64,000 nucleotides of DNA from Scyliorhinus canicula (lineage: Eukaryota), in contig NC_052172.1 in NCBI RefSeq assembly GCF_902713615.1, forward strand, positions 21,775,954 through 21,839,953, written 5' to 3'. Below the pieces are notes generated by a model. It made no database searches, was not told where the DNA came from, and saw only the letters and a list, made by a program, of their open reading frames with translations. Of the stretch, positions 62,200-64,000 are shown in pieces. Positions within the stretch are counted from its first letter, which is position 1; the number at the start of each line of letters is the position of its first letter. The position numbers were made by a program, and so were the translations under genes.

Positions 62200-62934
62200 G
62201 TTTTCCGGGAGTGAGCGGGAATCAGCGCCGATCGAGGGTCACAGCTTCAAGACGAACTCCCGCCGAGACACCAATGGCTGATCGAATCAGTTAACAGACG
62301 ATACCTAGAAACACGCCCAACAGTTCGAGCAGCCATCTTGCCCTGTGCTGCCAGCCCTGCGCCCATTCGCGATTCCCCGCTCCTCGGTTTGATTCGGGGC
62401 TGGAAACCAGGAAATACCACGGAGAAACTCGCACTGCAAAAAAAAAAGAGATAAAGGAACATGAATGAAAAAGTTCGGCACAACATCATGGGCCGAAGGG
62501 CCTGTTCTGTGCTGTATTTTTCTATGTTCTATGACACAACTAGCCTGATCAGATGATCTCCGAATAACAGAGCGACTGCTTCACACCGGCAGACCCTCGC
62601 TCAATATTTCGCCCCTTGGCCCCTGTTGCGCAGCATTGACAGGGAAGTGGGAGAAGGGATCCCTCAGGATTAATTCTTGCCCCTTGAGGGGGAAAGCAGT
62701 GAGTACGGTCGTGGAGCCCCGGCTTCCGTCTTGTGACTGAGGGCAGCTAACAGCACAGGGCTGGGGCTGCCCTGTCCGACTCTGCTTGGGTGGGGCTCCT
62801 GCACCAGTCATTAATCCGGCTGAAGAAACTCCTCGTTAACCAGACCTGATGCAAAATACTCTCCATCTCAGTAACAAATACTGGGTGTATTTATATGGGA
62901 ACAAGCCAGAGGCCCTGAGTAAATATGAAGTAAT

Positions 62935-63275
62935 AGGTCGGCAAGGTGGCACAGTGGTTAGCACTGTTGCCTCACAGCGACAGGGCCCCAGGTTCAATTC
63001 CTGGCCTCGGGTCACTGTCTGTTTGGAGTTTGCACTTCCTCCTCTTGTCTGTGTGGGTTTTCTCCGGGTGCTCCGGTTTCCTCCCACAGTCCAAAGATGT
63101 GCAGAGTAGGTGAATTGGCCACGCCAAATTGCCCCTTAAGTGTCGAAAAGATTAGGTTACTGGGTTACGGGCACAGGGTGGAGGTGTGGGCTTGGGTAGG
63201 GTGCTCTTTCCAAGGGCCGGTGCAGACTCGATGGGCCGAATGGCCTCCTTCCGCACTGTAAATTCTATGATTCTA
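62935..63275 (+). mobile_element. HE1 SINE with HER1 tail
   Basis: tRNA head, V-domain, gggccgaatggcctccttccgcactgtaaattctat tail. Confidence 0.85.
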
Positions 63276-63544
63276 AATGCTCAGTAAATACCGAGAAAAT
63301 CCCAGTGAACAGCTGAAAAATACCCAGTAAATATCCAGCCCCCTGTTTAACCTGTTAAATTCCCAACTAATCACTAATAAATATCCGGTAAATTCAAAAT
63401 GACCATTAAATCCCCGATACCGAGGATAGTATCTGGGAAGGAGAATTAATACCAATTGAAGGTGTAATTAATGGGGAGAGGGGGCAATTGCCGGGGAGAG
63501 GGGGCAATTACTGTGGGAAAGGGGAGATTACCGGGGAAAGGGAA

Positions 63545-64000
63545 GGAGAGTACTTACTTGGAGTATTTACTGGGGGAGAGTATTTACCGGGATTATTTGC
63601 CTGGGGAAGGGAGTATTTACTGGGGGAGGGAGTATTTACTGGGAGTATTTACTAGGTGAGTATTTACTGAGGAAGGGAGTATTTACCGAGATTATTTGCC
63701 AGGGGGAGCATTTACTGGGAGTATTTACCGGGGGTATTCAGCAGGGGAGGGAAGTATTTACTGGAAGTATTTACCAGGGGGAGGGAGTATTTACCGGGAG
63801 TATTGACCAGGGGAAGGGAGTATTTATTGGGAGTTTTTATCACGGGAGCATTTACTGCGGGAGGGGAGTATTTACCGGCGAGGGGAGTATTTACCGGCGA
63901 GGGGAGTATTTACCGGCGAGGGGAGTATTTACCGGCGAGGGGAGTATTTACCGGCGAGGGGAGTTTTTACCGGAGTATTTACCGGGGGAGGGGATATTTA
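63545..64000. repeat. G-rich satellite (ggggagtatttaccggcga)n in the presumed SOCS intron 1
   Basis: Degenerate units, then 19-bp perfect units, running off the window end. Confidence 0.9.

Noticed and set aside
60883-62214. Plus-strand ORFs of 281, 160 and 115 aa over SOCS (and similar ones over ZBED and MRPS12)
   Set aside because: Antisense shadows of GC-rich real coding sequence with no recognisable motifs.

Overview
Vertebrate nuclear DNA, almost certainly a cartilaginous fish (shark; inferred from abundant HE1/V-SINE-type SINEs, HER1/CR1 LINEs and Deu-type SINE relics). I reconstructed five spliced protein-coding genes by hand from splice sites and frame. (1) The last five coding exons of an ELM2-SANT/C2H2 gene, most likely ZNF541 (+, 1568-14838). 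(2) A complete four-exon ERH gene (-, 22557-27588, 104 aa) that the ORF track misses; it differs from human ERH at three residues. (3) An intron-containing, two-BED-finger, hAT-transposase-derived ZBED-like gene (-, 40252-44604, non-coding exon near 49190) that lacks the catalytic Glu and carries two compensating 1-nt indels as assembled. (4) MRPS12 (+, 52922-54351), head-to-head with the ZBED gene on a ~200-bp ETS/GC-box bidirectional promoter, the position SARS2 occupies in mammals. (5) A single-coding-exon SOCS4/5-family gene, SOCS9/SOCS5-like (-, 60889-62199). The rest is nested mobile DNA: CR1, Rex1/Babar, L1 and Penelope relics (two with minimal hammerhead-ribozyme cores), a solo LTR with 5-bp TSD, a hAT MITE with 8-bp TSD, more than 25 SINEs, and several large G/C-skewed tandem arrays. 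The most interesting candidate system is the domesticated ZBED gene sharing the MRPS12 promoter, followed by a possible second (ohnologous) ERH. All homology calls are from memory of the families; no searches were run. Coordinates of degenerate repeats are approximate.
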